DNA of 64,000 nt from an uncultured Candidatus Rokubacteria bacterium (GCA_963708025.1 CAVPSB010000016.1:352001-416000); one strand, 5' to 3'; positions 1 to 15,581 are shown, numbered from the stretch's first letter. Numbers and translations are program-made. The notes: generated by a model not told the origin, from the sequence alone.

Positions 1-934
1 GCCGGCCAGGAGGCCCAGGTCGTCCCGCCGATCGCGACGGACTACCGCGGCGTCACCGTGTACGAGACGCCCCCCGTCTCGCAGGGCTTCCTGCTCCTCG
101 CGCAGCTCAACCTCCTCGAAGGCTTCGACCTCGCGGCCCTCCCGCCCCTGGGGCCCGATCGGATCCACCTCACCGTCGAGGCCAAGAAGCTCGCCTTCGC
201 CGACCGCAACCGCCACGCCGGTGATCCCGCGTTCGTGCGCTGGCCGCTGGCCGAGCTGATCTCGAAGCCGCACGCCGCCCGCCGTCGCGCCGCGATCGAC
301 CTCCACCAGGCCCGGCTGCCCGACGGGGCGGCCGTCGGCGGAGCACGGCGGCGACACCAGCTACTTCGCGGTGGCCGACGGCGAGGGCAACGCCGTGTCC
401 TTCATCCACAGCCTGTCCGCCTCGTTCGGCTCGGGGGTCGTCGCCGGCGAGACCGGCATCACCCTGAACAACCGCGCCGGGCGGGGCTTCCGGCTGGACC
501 CCGGCCACCCGAACGTCATCGCGCCCGGCAAGCGGACGATGCACACCCTCAATGCCTACCTCGTCTGCCGGGACGGCCGGCCCTGGCTCGTGGGCGGGAC
601 CCCCGGCGGCGACCAGCAGACGCAGTGGAACGTCCAGACGCTCACGAACATCCTGGACCACGCGATGTCCCTGCAGGACGCCATCGAGGCGCCCCGCTGG
701 CACAGCTTCCCCGGCAGCGACCCCGCCAACCTGGCCCAGCCCATGACGCTCCGGCTCGAGGGCCGCGTCCCCGAGGCGACCCGGCAGGCGCTGGCCGAGC
801 GGGGGCACGCGGTGGAGGTGCTGGGGCCCTGGAGCGGCGGGGGCACGGTCCAGCTCGTCCAGCTCGACCCGGCGACCGGCGTCCTCCGGGGTGCCAGCGA
901 CCCCCGCGCCGGCGGTCTCGCCCTCGGGCTGTAG
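1..934 (+). CDS. ggt: Gamma-glutamyltransferase family protein (5'-partial; frameshift near 340)
   Basis: YETPPVSQG and KLAFADR motifs lie in one frame; small-subunit motifs GDTSYFAVAD, GxxLNNR, PGKRTMHTL, GTPGG and GASDPR lie in another. Confidence 0.9.
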
Positions 935-1061
935 GCGCCCCGCGCGCCTCGCCCCGCCCTCGCTCCCCCGCGCCACGATGTTCGGCGGGAATCGACCGGC
1001 CCGTGCCGTACAATGATCGGGCGAGCCGACTCACACTCCGAACTCGAAAGGACGCTCACGG

Positions 1062-1737
1062 ATGCGCAAACCCTTGCTGGCTTCGATCGTCCTGATCCTG
1101 GCCGGCGCCAGCCTCTGCTCCGGCGCCGCGCCCGAGCTCAAGACCGAGGAGCAGAAGACCCTCTACGCCATCGGCCTGGCGCTTCTCGAACGGCCTGGCC
1201 GGCTTCGGCCTCAGCGAGGCCGAGCTGGAGATCGTCAAGGCTGGCCTCACCGACGGCGTCATGAACCGGGAGAAGAAGGTCGACCTCCAGGCCTACGGGC
1301 CCAAGATCCAGGAGATGCAGCGGACGCGGTCCGCCGCGCTGGCCGTGGCCGAGAAGAAGACGGGGCAGGCGTTCCTCGACAAGGCGGCGGCGGAGAAGGG
1401 GGCGACCAAGACGGCGTCGGGGCTGGTCGTCACCACGCTCAAGGCCGGGACCGGACCGGCGCCCAAGGCCACCGACACGGTCAAGGTCCACTACCACGGC
1501 ACCCTCATCGACGGCACCGTCTTCGACAGCTCCGTCCAGCGGGGCCAGCCGGCGACGTTCCCGCTGAACCAGGTGATCAAGTGCTGGACGGAGGGCGTCC
1601 AGCTCATGAAGGTCGGCGGCAAGAGCCGGCTGGTCTGCCCGGCCGACATCGCGTACGGCGAGCGCGGGTCACCGCCCAAGATCAAGCCCGGGGCGACTCT
1701 CGTCTTCGAGGTGGAGCTGCTCGAGATCGCGAAGTGA
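1062..1737 (+). CDS. FKBP-type peptidyl-prolyl cis-trans isomerase with signal peptide (frameshift near 1185)
   Basis: Signal peptide followed by LKTEEQKTLYAIG; VHYHGTLIDGTVFDSS, VIKCWTEGV, AYGERG and TLVFEVEL motifs. Confidence 0.92.
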
Positions 1738-2943
1738 ATGGGTGAAGGCCCGGCGCCGGCCGCGGCCGGCGAGAGCCGGTCCGCGGTCGCGGCCGGCTTC
1801 ACCGTCCTGTTCGTCAGCACCGGCGTCAACTTCGCCTTCGGCATCCTCTTCAAGCCGATCCTCCTCGACCTGGGGTCCGACCGCTCGACGCTCGCCTTGG
1901 CCGCGACCGCCGGCCTGACCGTGAACGCGCTCGGCCAGCCGGTCTTCGGCGCGCTGATCGATCGGCTGGGCCCGCGCCGGGTCATCCTGTCCTCCATGGC
2001 GCTGATGGCCGCGGGCACCGCGCTGGTCGCCCTCGCCGAGCGGCCCTGGCAGCTCATCCTGCTCTACGGCGTGGTCGCCGCCGTGGGGTACACGGGCTCC
2101 GGCATCCTCCCCGTCTCGGTCCACATCGGGCGATGGTTCCCCGCCGAGCGCGGCTTCGTCATGGCCGTCGCCGCCTGCGGCTTCTCGCTCGGGCAGCTCG
2201 TCTTCACCCAGGTCGCCGCCCACCTCGAGGCCGCCGTCGGCTGGCGGCGGACCTACGGATGGCTGGCCACGATCCTGGCCGTCTTCGTGGCCGTCATCGC
2301 CGTCTGGCTCCGCGACGCGCCGCGACCACCGGGCGCGGCACCCGACCGGTCGCCCGCCGGGGCCGGCGGGCTCGCCCGGCGAGCCGCTCTCGGCACGCCG
2401 GCGTTCTGGGCGCTGACCGCCGGCCTCATGGGGTGCGGCTTCACGGACTTCCTGATGACCACGCACCTGGCGTCCTTCGCCACGGACCTCGGGCTCTCGC
2501 CGCTGGCGGCGGCCAACGCGCTGAGCCTGTGGGCGGCGGCCAACGTGGCCGGCATCCTGGCGGCCGGGACGGTCGCCCACCGCCTGGGCGCCCGGGGCGC
2601 GATGGTGCTCACCTATGGCGTCCGGGCCCTCGCGCTGTTCTGGCTGCTGCTCGTCCGCGACACCTGGCAGCTTTATCTCTTCGCGATCCTCTTCGGCGCG
2701 ACCTTCTTCACGACCGCGCCGCTCTCCTCGACGATGGTCGGACAGCTCTTCGGCGCCGCCCATCACGGCGCGATCTTCGGGATGGCCAACCTGTTCCACC
2801 ACCTGGCCGGCGGGCTCGGCTCGTACGCCGGCGGCCTCGTCTTCGACCTCACCCGGAGTTACCGGGGCATCTTCCTCGCCGGCGGCGTCATCGTGCTGGG
2901 CTCGGCGGCCGTCACCTCCTTCGCCCGGCGGCAGGCCGCATGA
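1738..2943 (+). CDS. MFS transporter
   Basis: About 12 hydrophobic segments; GALIDRLGPRRV (MFS motif A); WFPAERG. Confidence 0.9.
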   Translation: MGEGPAPAAAGESRSAVAAGFTVLFVSTGVNFAFGILFKPILLDLGSDRSTLALAATAGLTVNALGQPVFGALIDRLGPRRVILSSMALMAAGTALVALAERPWQLILLYGVVAAVGYTGSGILPVSVHIGRWFPAERGFVMAVAACGFSLGQLVFTQVAAHLEAAVGWRRTYGWLATILAVFVAVIAVWLRDAPRPPGAAPDRSPAGAGGLARRAALGTPAFWALTAGLMGCGFTDFLMTTHLASFATDLGLSPLAAANALSLWAAANVAGILAAGTVAHRLGARGAMVLTYGVRALALFWLLLVRDTWQLYLFAILFGATFFTTAPLSSTMVGQLFGAAHHGAIFGMANLFHHLAGGLGSYAGGLVFDLTRSYRGIFLAGGVIVLGSAAVTSFARRQAA

Positions 2944-3046
2944 CGGATCGCGCCCTTCTCCCTCGAGATCGGTCTCGCCGTCGAGGTCGCGGCCGGGTAT
3001 GCTCGGGACTCGTGGGATCCGGCCCGAGCGTCACCCGTGTCGCACC

Positions 3047-3763
3047 ATGCGGCTCGCCGACACCGTCGCCATCGTGACCGGCGCCGGCCGCGGCATCGGC
3101 CGCGGGATCGCGCTGGCCTTCGCGCGCGAAGGCGCGACGCTGGCCGTCGCCGACCGGGCGCCGGCGGGGCTGGACGAGGTGGCCGCCGAGGCCCGCGCGC
3201 TCGGCCGGCGCGTCCTGGTCGACCCGGCCGACGTGGGCCGCGAGGACGACGTCGGGCGCCTGGTCGAGCGGACACTGGCCGAGTACGGCCGGATCGACGT
3301 CCTGGTCAACAACGCCGGGACGATCGTGCTGCCGGGGGCGATCCTGGAGACGACCGCCGAGGCCTGGGACACGATGATGGCCACCAACGCCCGCAGCGTG
3401 TTCCTCTGCTCCCGCGCCGTGCTGCCGGCCATGCTGAGCCGGCGCGCCGGGCGGATCATCAACATCGGCTCGACGGCGGGCATCAAGCCGCTGCCGGACC
3501 GCGCCGCTTACTGCGCCTCGAAGCACGCGGTCGTCGGCTTCAGCCGAGCCCTGGCCCTCGACCTCCGGGGTCGCGGGATCGCGGTCAACGTGATCTGCCC
3601 GGGAGCGGTGGACACCCCGCTGACCGCGTACTCCCGCCCCGACGCCGACCGCTCGCACTGGCTCCAGCCGGCGGACATCGCCGAGGTGGCGGTCTTCCTG
3701 GCCTCGGACGCCGCACGCGGGATGACGGGGGCGGTCGTCGAGGTCCCCGGCTGGTCGGACTGA
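3047..3763 (+). CDS. SDR family oxidoreductase
   Basis: TGAGRGIG, NNAG, YCASK catalytic motif. Confidence 0.92.
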   Translation: MRLADTVAIVTGAGRGIGRGIALAFAREGATLAVADRAPAGLDEVAAEARALGRRVLVDPADVGREDDVGRLVERTLAEYGRIDVLVNNAGTIVLPGAILETTAEAWDTMMATNARSVFLCSRAVLPAMLSRRAGRIINIGSTAGIKPLPDRAAYCASKHAVVGFSRALALDLRGRGIAVNVICPGAVDTPLTAYSRPDADRSHWLQPADIAEVAVFLASDAARGMTGAVVEVPGWSD

Positions 3764-3777
3764 AAGGAAACACTGGC

Positions 3778-4668
3778 ATGCCAAAGGCGAGCGTTGACGG
3801 GGTGAACCTGTACTACGAGGAGGTGGGCGAGGGCGTTCCTCTCGTCTTCGTCCACGAGTTCGCGGGGGATCACGCGAGCTGGGCGCCCCAGGTGCGGTTC
3901 TTCGCGCGACGCTATCGCACCATCGCCTTCGATGCCCGTGGCTACCCGCCCTCCGACGTGCCTGACGACCCGGCGGCGTACTCCCAGCAGCGAGCGGTCG
4001 AGGACATCCGGGGTCTGCTCGACCACCTCGGGGTCGGGAAGGCGCACGTGTGCGGCCTGTCGATGGGCGGCTACGCGACGCTTCACTTCGGGCTCACCCA
4101 CCCCGATCGCGCGCTCTCGCTCGTCGTCGCCGGCTGTGGCTACGGCACCGGGCGTGACCGCGAGGCCTTCCGCCGGGACACCGCGGTCGTGGTCCGGAAG
4201 TTCGAGGAGGAGGGGATGGCGGCCGTCGCCAAGTTCTACAGCCAGGGGCCGGCGCGGGTCCAGTTCCGGGACAAGGACCCGATGGGCTGGCAGGAGTTCC
4301 ACGATCGGCTGGCCGCCGGCTCCGCCCGAGGGCACGCGCTGACGCTGCGCGGAGTCCAGATGACCCGGCCCTCGGTCTTCGATCTCGCCGACGGGCTGGC
4401 GGCGCTCCGGGTGCCGACGCTCGTCGTGATCGGCGACGAGGACGAGCCGTGCCTGGAGCCGGCCCTTTTCATGAAGCGCAAGATCCCGTCCGCCGGCCTC
4501 GCCGTCATCCCGAAGTCCGGCCACACGATCAACCTCGAGGAGCCCGACGCGTTCAACCGGATGGTGCTCGACTTCCTCACCGCCGTCGACGCCGGCCGGT
4601 GGCCGCTCCGCAATCCGGCCTCGATCGCCCCCTCGGCGATCCTGCCGCCCACCCGGCCCGGAGCTTGA
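3778..4668 (+). CDS. Alpha/beta hydrolase
   Basis: RBS AAGGA; HEFAG, GLSMGG nucleophile elbow, GDEDEP, GHTINLEEP. Confidence 0.9.
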   Translation: MPKASVDGVNLYYEEVGEGVPLVFVHEFAGDHASWAPQVRFFARRYRTIAFDARGYPPSDVPDDPAAYSQQRAVEDIRGLLDHLGVGKAHVCGLSMGGYATLHFGLTHPDRALSLVVAGCGYGTGRDREAFRRDTAVVVRKFEEEGMAAVAKFYSQGPARVQFRDKDPMGWQEFHDRLAAGSARGHALTLRGVQMTRPSVFDLADGLAALRVPTLVVIGDEDEPCLEPALFMKRKIPSAGLAVIPKSGHTINLEEPDAFNRMVLDFLTAVDAGRWPLRNPASIAPSAILPPTRPGA

Positions 4669-4740
4669 CTTGGATGGACGGTCTGGCGCTTCATTGACTG
4701 GAGCGCTCGCCAGGCGCCGACCAGCCGGGAGGAGGCGAGG

Positions 4741-6300
4741 ATGAGGGCGACCGACGTTCTGCCCGCGGAGTTCAACGCCGCGGCCCATTTCGTGGATCGG
4801 AACGTGACCGAGGGCCGCGCGGGCGCGCCCGCCTTCGTGCTGGCCGACCGCGACCGCGTGCTGAGCTACGGCGAGGTCCAGGAACTGGCGAACCGAACCG
4901 GCAACGCGCTCCTCGAGCTAGGCGTCGAGCCGGAGAGCCGCGTGCTCGTGGCCTGCCTCGACGCGCCGGAGTTCCTCGGGGCCTTCTGGGGCGCCATCAA
5001 GATCGGGGCGATCCCCATCCCGGTCAACACGCTCCTCCGCGCGGCCGACTACCGGTATTTCCTGCGGGACAGCCGGGCCCGGGTGGCGGTCGTCTCGGCG
5101 CCGCTCCTCGCCGAGGTCGGGCCGGCCCTCGAGGCCGAGACGCGGCACCTCCGGCACGTCCTGGTCGCCGGGGGCCCGCCGGGCCGCTACCTGGCCTACG
5201 AGGACCGCGTGGCCAAGGCGTCGGCCACGCTGGCGGCGGCGCCCACACACCGGGACGAGCCGGCGTTCTGGCTGTACTCCTCCGGCTCCACCGGCTTCCC
5301 CAAGGGCGCGGTCCACCTCCATCACGACATGGTGGTGTGCGCCGAGACGTACGCGCGCCAGGTCATCGGGTTCGCCGCGAGCGACCGGGTCTACTCGGCG
5401 GCCAAGCTCTTCTTCGCCTACGGCCTCGGCAACGCCGGGTACTTCCCGATGGACGTGGGCGCCCAGAGCGTGCTCTTTCCCGGCCGGCCGACGCCGGAGG
5501 GCGTGTTCGAGCTGCTGACCCGCCACCGGCCGACCCTCTTCTTCGGCGTCCCCACGCTCTACGCCGCGATGCTGGCCGTCAAGGACGCGGCGGAGCGCTA
5601 CGACCTCTCCTCGCTGCGCCTCTGCGTGTCGGCGGGCGAGGCGCTGCCGCCCGAGCTCTACCACCGGTGGCGGGAGCGCTTCGGGGTGGAGCTGCTGGAC
5701 GGGATCGGAACCACCGAGATCCTGCACGTCTTCCTCTCGAACCGCCCCGGCGCCGTCCGGCCCGGCTCCACCGGGCTCGCCGTTCCCGGCTACGAGGCGA
5801 CCATCGTGGACGACGAGGGGCGGCCGGTCCCGCCGGGGGAGATCGGGAACCTCCGCGTGCGGGGCGACTCCACGATGGCCTACTACTGGAACCAGCACGA
5901 GAAGACCAAGGGCACGCTGCTCGGCGAATGGATCCAGACCGGGGACAAGTACTACCAGGACCCGGACGGCTACTTCTGGTTCTGCGGCCGGGCCGACGAC
6001 ATGCTGAAGGTCGGCGGCATCTGGGTCTCGCCGGTCGAGGTGGAGGCGACCTTGATCGCCCACGCCGCGGTGCTGGAGGTGGCGGTTGTCGGCAAGGAAG
6101 ACGCCGACCGGCTGGTCAAGCCCCAGGCGTTCGTGGTCCTCAAGGACGCGGCCCAGGCCTCGCCCCGTCTCGCCGAGGAGCTACGCGGCTTCGTGAAGGA
6201 CAAGATCGCGCCCTACAAGTACCCGCGCTGGATCGAGTTCGTGGCCGAGCTGCCGAAGACGGCGACCGGCAAGATCCAGCGCTTCAAGCTCCGCGGCTGA
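4741..6300 (+). CDS. Benzoate-CoA ligase family (aromatic acid-CoA ligase)
   Basis: YSSGSTGFPKG, AKLFFAYGLGN, DGIGTTE, KTATGKIQRFKLR. Confidence 0.9.
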   Translation: MRATDVLPAEFNAAAHFVDRNVTEGRAGAPAFVLADRDRVLSYGEVQELANRTGNALLELGVEPESRVLVACLDAPEFLGAFWGAIKIGAIPIPVNTLLRAADYRYFLRDSRARVAVVSAPLLAEVGPALEAETRHLRHVLVAGGPPGRYLAYEDRVAKASATLAAAPTHRDEPAFWLYSSGSTGFPKGAVHLHHDMVVCAETYARQVIGFAASDRVYSAAKLFFAYGLGNAGYFPMDVGAQSVLFPGRPTPEGVFELLTRHRPTLFFGVPTLYAAMLAVKDAAERYDLSSLRLCVSAGEALPPELYHRWRERFGVELLDGIGTTEILHVFLSNRPGAVRPGSTGLAVPGYEATIVDDEGRPVPPGEIGNLRVRGDSTMAYYWNQHEKTKGTLLGEWIQTGDKYYQDPDGYFWFCGRADDMLKVGGIWVSPVEVEATLIAHAAVLEVAVVGKEDADRLVKPQAFVVLKDAAQASPRLAEELRGFVKDKIAPYKYPRWIEFVAELPKTATGKIQRFKLRG

Positions 6301-6324
6301 GATCATCGGATAAAGGAGATCCAC

Positions 6325-7077
6325 GTGCGGAACAACACGGCCAAGGCGAAGCTGAAGGCTGGCCAGGCGGTGAGCGTGATCGCCCCGACCTACACCTCGG
6401 CGGGGCTCGTCGAGCTGCTGGGTCGGGTCGGCTTCGACGTCATCTTCATCGACTGCGAGCACGGACCGGCCGGCTGGGACGACGTCGAGAACATGGTGCG
6501 GGCCGCCGAGCTGGTCAACGTGACCCCGATCATCCGGGTCCAGGCCAACGACCCCTCGACGATCACGCGAGCGCTGGATCGCGGCGCGGGCGGCGTCCAG
6601 GTCCCCCACGTCAACACGCGGGCCGAGGCCGAGGCGGCCGTCCGCCACGCGAAGTTCGCGCCGAGCGGCCACCGCGGGTTCGCCGGTGGCCGCTCGGCCT
6701 TCGGCGAGAAGATGACCGAGTACACGCGCCGGGCCAACGCGGAGACGATGGTCGTCGTCATGCTGGAGGAGGTCGAGGCGCTCGAGAACCTCGACGACAT
6801 CCTGAAGGTCGACGAGATCGACGTCTTCTTCGTCGCCCCCGGTGACCTGGCCCAATCGATGGGCCTCCCCGGCCAGATGGATCACCCGAAGGTGCAGGCG
6901 GCGATCGACGACGCGGTGGCCCGCATCAAGGCCGCCGGCCGCGTCCCCGGCGGCCTCGTCACCCCCGCCACCGTCCAGCGGTACCGCGAGCGGGGCGTCC
7001 GGTTCCTCTACGTCTCGCTGGCCGCGGTGCTCGACCCGGGGGCCAAGGGCTTCCTCGCCGCGGTCAGCGGGACCTGA
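6325..7077 (+). CDS. HpcH/HpaI aldolase family protein
   Basis: IDCEHG, LDRGAGGVQVPHV, PGDLAQSMG. Confidence 0.9.
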   Translation: MRNNTAKAKLKAGQAVSVIAPTYTSAGLVELLGRVGFDVIFIDCEHGPAGWDDVENMVRAAELVNVTPIIRVQANDPSTITRALDRGAGGVQVPHVNTRAEAEAAVRHAKFAPSGHRGFAGGRSAFGEKMTEYTRRANAETMVVVMLEEVEALENLDDILKVDEIDVFFVAPGDLAQSMGLPGQMDHPKVQAAIDDAVARIKAAGRVPGGLVTPATVQRYRERGVRFLYVSLAAVLDPGAKGFLAAVSGT

Positions 7078-7081
7078 GCCG

Positions 7082-7852
7082 GTGCACCCCTTCTGCGACC
7101 TGGACGGCCGGGTCGCGCTGGTGACCGGGGGCGGTGGCGCCATCGGGGGCGCCACCGCCCGGGCGCTCGCCGGGGCCGGCGCCGACGTGGTCGTCGTGGA
7201 CCTCCGGGCGGACGCGGCGGAGGCGGTCGCCGGCCAGGTGCGGGGGACCGGCCGCCGCGCCCTGTCGCTGGTCGGCGACGCGATCGACTACGACCACGCC
7301 GGCACGCTGGCCCGGCAGGCGCTGGCGACCCTCGGCCGGGTGGACATCCTCGTCAACGTCGCCGGCGGCGGGCAGCCCAAGGGCTTCCTCGAGCTGACCG
7401 CGGCCGAGTTCGACCGCGTCGTCGCCCACAACCTGAAGTCGGCCTGGAACTGGGCCCATCACCTCGCCCCCCAGATGCTGACCCGGGACCAGCAGCGGAT
7501 CGTCAACACCGCGTCGATCTCGGCCAAGCACGGGGGCGGCCCGCCGGCCACCGTCAGCAAGTCGGCCTACGCGGCGGCCAAGGCGGCGGTGATCGGGCTG
7601 ACGAAGGGGCTCGCCAAGGAGCTAGCGCCGCGCGTCACGGTGAACGCCGTCTGCCCGGGGCTCATCGACACGCCGGCCACCGTCTCCATCACGCGGGGGC
7701 CGCAGATCGACGCCATCCTGAAGACCATCCCGATGGCCCGGGCGGGCACGCCCGACGACGTGGCGGCGGCCGTCCTCTTCTTCGCCTCGCCGGGCGCCGG
7801 CTGGATCACCGGCGAGAGCATGGACGTGAACGGCGGCCAGTACATCGACTAG
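7082..7852 (+). CDS. SDR family oxidoreductase
   Basis: TGGGGAIG, YAAAK, ITGESMDVNGG. Confidence 0.9.
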   Translation: MHPFCDLDGRVALVTGGGGAIGGATARALAGAGADVVVVDLRADAAEAVAGQVRGTGRRALSLVGDAIDYDHAGTLARQALATLGRVDILVNVAGGGQPKGFLELTAAEFDRVVAHNLKSAWNWAHHLAPQMLTRDQQRIVNTASISAKHGGGPPATVSKSAYAAAKAAVIGLTKGLAKELAPRVTVNAVCPGLIDTPATVSITRGPQIDAILKTIPMARAGTPDDVAAAVLFFASPGAGWITGESMDVNGGQYID

Positions 7853-7978
7853 CTCCTTCGAGAAGCAGCGGAGTGGCCTGCGCCGCGGTCGCCTTGCGCC
7901 CCGGCCGGGCTCGGATCTATCCTGGCGGCGTTGGCCGGCCGACGGTGATCCCCGTCCACCCTTGCCAAGGAGGACGCC

Positions 7979-9481
7979 ATGAACCTGCTCGACCCCGAGG
8001 AACTGAGCCGACTGCTGCCCGCCGAGACTCACTCCTATCCCGGGCCGATCCCGACCCAGCACGTCTCCAGCGACGAGTTCATGCCCGTGCCCCAGACGCG
8101 GGCCCAGCGCCGGGTCGAGGCGCGCCTCAAGGAGCTCGGCGACGGGCTGGCCCGGAAGCACGGCATGAGCCGGCGCCGGTTCTTCCAGACCGCCGCCGGC
8201 ATGGCGGCCGCGTTCGTCGCCATGAACGAGGTCTACGGCCGCCTCTTCGAGACGAGCCAGGCCGAGGCGCAGACGCCCGGAGGTGGCGACGGACCGAGCG
8301 AAGGCGCTCTCTAATCAGTTCGTCATGGACTGCCACACCCACTTCCTCCGGGACGACACCCGCATCATGAGCTTCGTGCGCCAGCGGGAGGCGGTCGGGA
8401 AGGCCGGCTGGAACCCGGCGCTGGCCGGCAAGCCGCAGACCATCGAGGAGTCTGAAGTTCGCCAACTACTACAAGGAGATCTTCCTCGACAGCGACACCA
8501 AGGTGGCGCTGATCTCCGGCGCGCCGTCGGACATCGTCCAGGACTGGTTCCTGACGAACGAGATGAAGGCCGAGGCCCGCGCCCGGGTGAACCGCGAGGC
8601 CGGGCTCACGCCGGATGCTGAGCCACGCCATCTTCACGCCGGGCCAGCCGGGGTGGCTGGAGGACATCGACCGCGTCATCCAGGATCTGAAGCCCGACTC
8701 GTTCAAGGGCTACACCATCGGCGACAACACGAACAAGCAGCTCAGCAAGTACCCGTGGCGGATGGACGACGAGAAGGTGACGTACAAGGCGTACGAGAAG
8801 TTCGTCAAGGCGGGCCTCGTCAACGTCTGCGTCCACAAGGGACTCTTCCCGCCGTCGGTCGAGCAGCAGTTCCCGCACCTCCTCGCCTACTCGGACGTGC
8901 GGGACGTGGGCAAGGCGGCCAAGGACTGGCCGCAGCTCAACTTCGTCATCTACCACTCGGCCTACCGCTTCGCCGGCGGCGGCAAGGTGGAGGACGCCTG
9001 GGCCCAGTTCGAGAAGACCGGGCGCATCGAGTGGGTCACCGACCTCGCCGAGATCCCGTCGAAGTTCGGCGTCACCAACGTCTACGGCGACCTCGGGCAG
9101 ATCTTCGCCCAGAGCACGGTGGCCGATCCGCGGGTGTGCGCGGCGATGATGGGCCAGCTCGTCCGGGGGCTGGGCGCCGATCACGTCGTCTGGGGCACCG
9201 ACGCCATCTGGACCGGCTCGCCCCAGTGGCAGATCGAGGCGCTGCGCCGGCTGGAGATCCCCGACGAGATGCAGCAGAAGTACGGGTTCAAGCCGCTCGG
9301 GCCCGCCGACGGCCCGGTCAAGAACGCGATCCTCGGCGAGAACAACGCGCGCCTCTACAAGTACGAGCGGCGCGGCGCGCTGACCACCGACGGCATCGCG
9401 GTGGCCAAAGCCCAGTACGAGCGGAGCGGCCCCACCCGCAGTAATCTGCGCTACGGCTACGTCATCAAGGCGCGGGCCTGA
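7979..9481 (+). CDS. Amidohydrolase family protein with Tat-like RRxF segment (frameshifts near 8283, 8451 and 8605)
   Basis: MSRRRFFQTAAG; DCHTHF; CVHKG; WGTDAIW; ILGENNARLY, spread over consecutive frames. Confidence 0.85.
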
Positions 9482-9504
9482 GCCCGCGCCGGGTACCGGA
9501 AACA

Positions 9505-9540
9505 CGCAGAGCCCGGATCCGATCGGATCCGGGCTCTGCG
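9505..9540 (-). terminator. Perfect 36-bp palindrome, likely rrn operon terminator
   Basis: CGCAGAGCCCGGATCCGA|TCGGATCCGGGCTCTGCG lies just 3' of 5S, is followed by TGTTT on the minus strand, and sits between convergent genes. Confidence 0.75.
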
Positions 9541-9547
9541 ACAGAGC

Positions 9548-9664
9548 CCCGGCGGCGACCTACTCTCCCACGCCGTTACCAGCGCAGTACCATCGGCCCT
9601 GGAGGGCTTAACGACCGTGTTCGGGATGGGAACGGGTGTGGCCCCTCCGGTCTGGCCGCCGGGA
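9548..9664 (-). rRNA. rrf: 5S rRNA
   Basis: Conserved CCCGTTCCCATCCCGAACACGG and GGGAGAGTAGGTCGCCGCC; ends approximate. Confidence 0.97.
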
Positions 9665-9743
9665 AGCACCAGCCGTCTACGAGTCCCTCGAGTCGCCGTC
9701 CTGTCCACCCGTCGGATCGCCATCCGGCGGCGGAATCATCCGT

Positions 9744-12728
<2,985 letters not shown>

Positions 12729-12805
12729 ACGGATCCCTCCGTGGTCCGCCGAATGACTTCCGTCTCGTGTAGACGCTCTGGCTACTCGAGGTTCTCGTAT
12801 GCGGT

Positions 12806-12817
12806 TGTCAAAGAGCA
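12806..12817 (-). promoter_or_regulatory. boxA antiterminator (ITS copy)
   Basis: TGCTCTTTGACA on the minus strand upstream of 23S. Confidence 0.75.
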
Positions 12818-12863
12818 ACTCGGAGCCCGCAGGCTCCCGAGCTTCTTCCATCCTCTCGGCACC

Positions 12864-12939
12864 TGGTGGAGATGACCGGATTCGAACCGGCGACCCCCTG
12901 CTTGCAAAGCAGGCGCTCTCCCAACTGAGCTACATCCCC
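12864..12939 (-). tRNA. tRNA-Ala(TGC)
   Basis: GGGGATGTAGCTCAG...TTGCAAG...GTTCGAATC...CACCA, 76 nt with encoded CCA. Confidence 0.97.
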
Positions 12940-12946
12940 ACGTGGG

Positions 12947-13023
12947 TGGTGGGCCTAGGTAGAGTTGAACTACCGACCTCGCGCTTATCAGGCGCGCGCT
13001 CTAACCACCTGAGCTATAGGCCC
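12947..13023 (-). tRNA. tRNA-Ile(GAT)
   Basis: GGGCCTATAGCTCAGG...CTGATAAG...GTTCAACTC...CACCA, 77 nt. Confidence 0.97.
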
Positions 13024-13109
13024 CCAAAGGTGGGAAGATTAATGCTACTGGCTCGCGCGAGTGGTGATCGACCCAGTCGATCGGGCAGTGGGTCACCCCA
13101 CCCCCCCGA

Positions 13110-14677
<1,568 letters not shown>

Positions 14678-14736
14678 ACCTCTCTCGGACCTCAAGGGCA
14701 TGCACACCGTCTCGGTGAGCCAGTAGCATATTCAGC

Positions 14737-14747
14737 TGTCAAAGAGC
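14737..14747 (-). promoter_or_regulatory. boxA antiterminator (leader)
   Basis: GCTCTTTGACA in the 16S leader. Confidence 0.7.
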
Positions 14748-14786
14748 CCCGGCCGGCGGACCAGCCGCCAGCCGATACTAAACACA

Positions 14787-14980
14787 TACATAGCAGTCGC
14801 GCAGAGCGCCGTCAAGGCCAGGGCCAACCAGGTTTGCGGCGGCGGTCAGCAACAGGACAACGAGGCCTGCAGCGACTACCGGAACTCCTGGCCGGCCGCG
14901 CCCCCGAGACTCCGAAGGGCGCGCCGACCGCGACACAATAAAGTGCCACCGCCCACGTGGACTCGTCAAGTGATTTTTCA
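14787..14980 (-). promoter_or_regulatory. Probable tandem rrn promoters
   Basis: TTGACG-17-TATGTA (14815-14787), plus a second TTGACG (14969-14964) with an A-rich UP-like tract and a weak -10. Confidence 0.5.
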
Positions 14981-15114
14981 CTCTCACGCTTCACCGCGGA
15001 GGATCGCCGACCGAGGCCGCCGACCGAGGCCGGCGAGTTGACCCCGCCGGTGTCCCGGTCTAAGCTGAGCCGCACGTTCGGCGGCGGACACGGCCGCGCG
15101 ACTCGGAGCGCGCC

Positions 15115-15564
15115 ATGAGCATTGAGTCGATCGATGCCCGGATCGGACGGGTGGAGCGAACGCTCGACCTCGTCGCCATCGCCGCCGGCGTCGCGCTGAT
15201 TGTCCTCGTCCCGGCCCGACTTTCGCTGTCCGCGTCCACGTGGGTCGTCGCGGCCGGACTCACGCTGCTGGGCTCCGGCCTCGTTCGGGACCTGGCCTGG
15301 CTCGCGCTTCACGGACCGCCGGCGGCGGCCCGGACCGCGGGGCCGCCCGAGGCGCGACTCTGCCTGGAGTCCACCCTGGGCGGCGTGGCGGTGGCTGGCG
15401 GGCTGGCCTGGCGCCTCCTGGCGCCGGGACCGCCGCGCACGATCGGGGTGGGCGCCTTCGTCCTCGCGCTCGCCCTCGTCGCGTCGTTCGGGCACCTGAC
15501 CCGCAACGTCATCGTCGCGCTGCGAGTCGAGCCCGGCCACCGCAACATGACCTTTTGGTCCTGA
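15115..15564 (+). CDS. Hypothetical membrane protein
   Basis: RBS GGAG; about four hydrophobic segments. Confidence 0.65.
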   Translation: MSIESIDARIGRVERTLDLVAIAAGVALIVLVPARLSLSASTWVVAAGLTLLGSGLVRDLAWLALHGPPAAARTAGPPEARLCLESTLGGVAVAGGLAWRLLAPGPPRTIGVGAFVLALALVASFGHLTRNVIVALRVEPGHRNMTFWS

Positions 15565-15581
15565 GCCGGGAGGCCCCCACG

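Noticed and set aside
300-370. Naturally split or programmed-frameshift GGT at the autocleavage site
   Set aside because: No slippery motif or separate start/RBS; similar indels occur throughout the window
15007-15032. 13-bp tandem duplication CCGACCGAGGCCG
   Set aside because: Only two copies in GC-rich DNA, with no functional context
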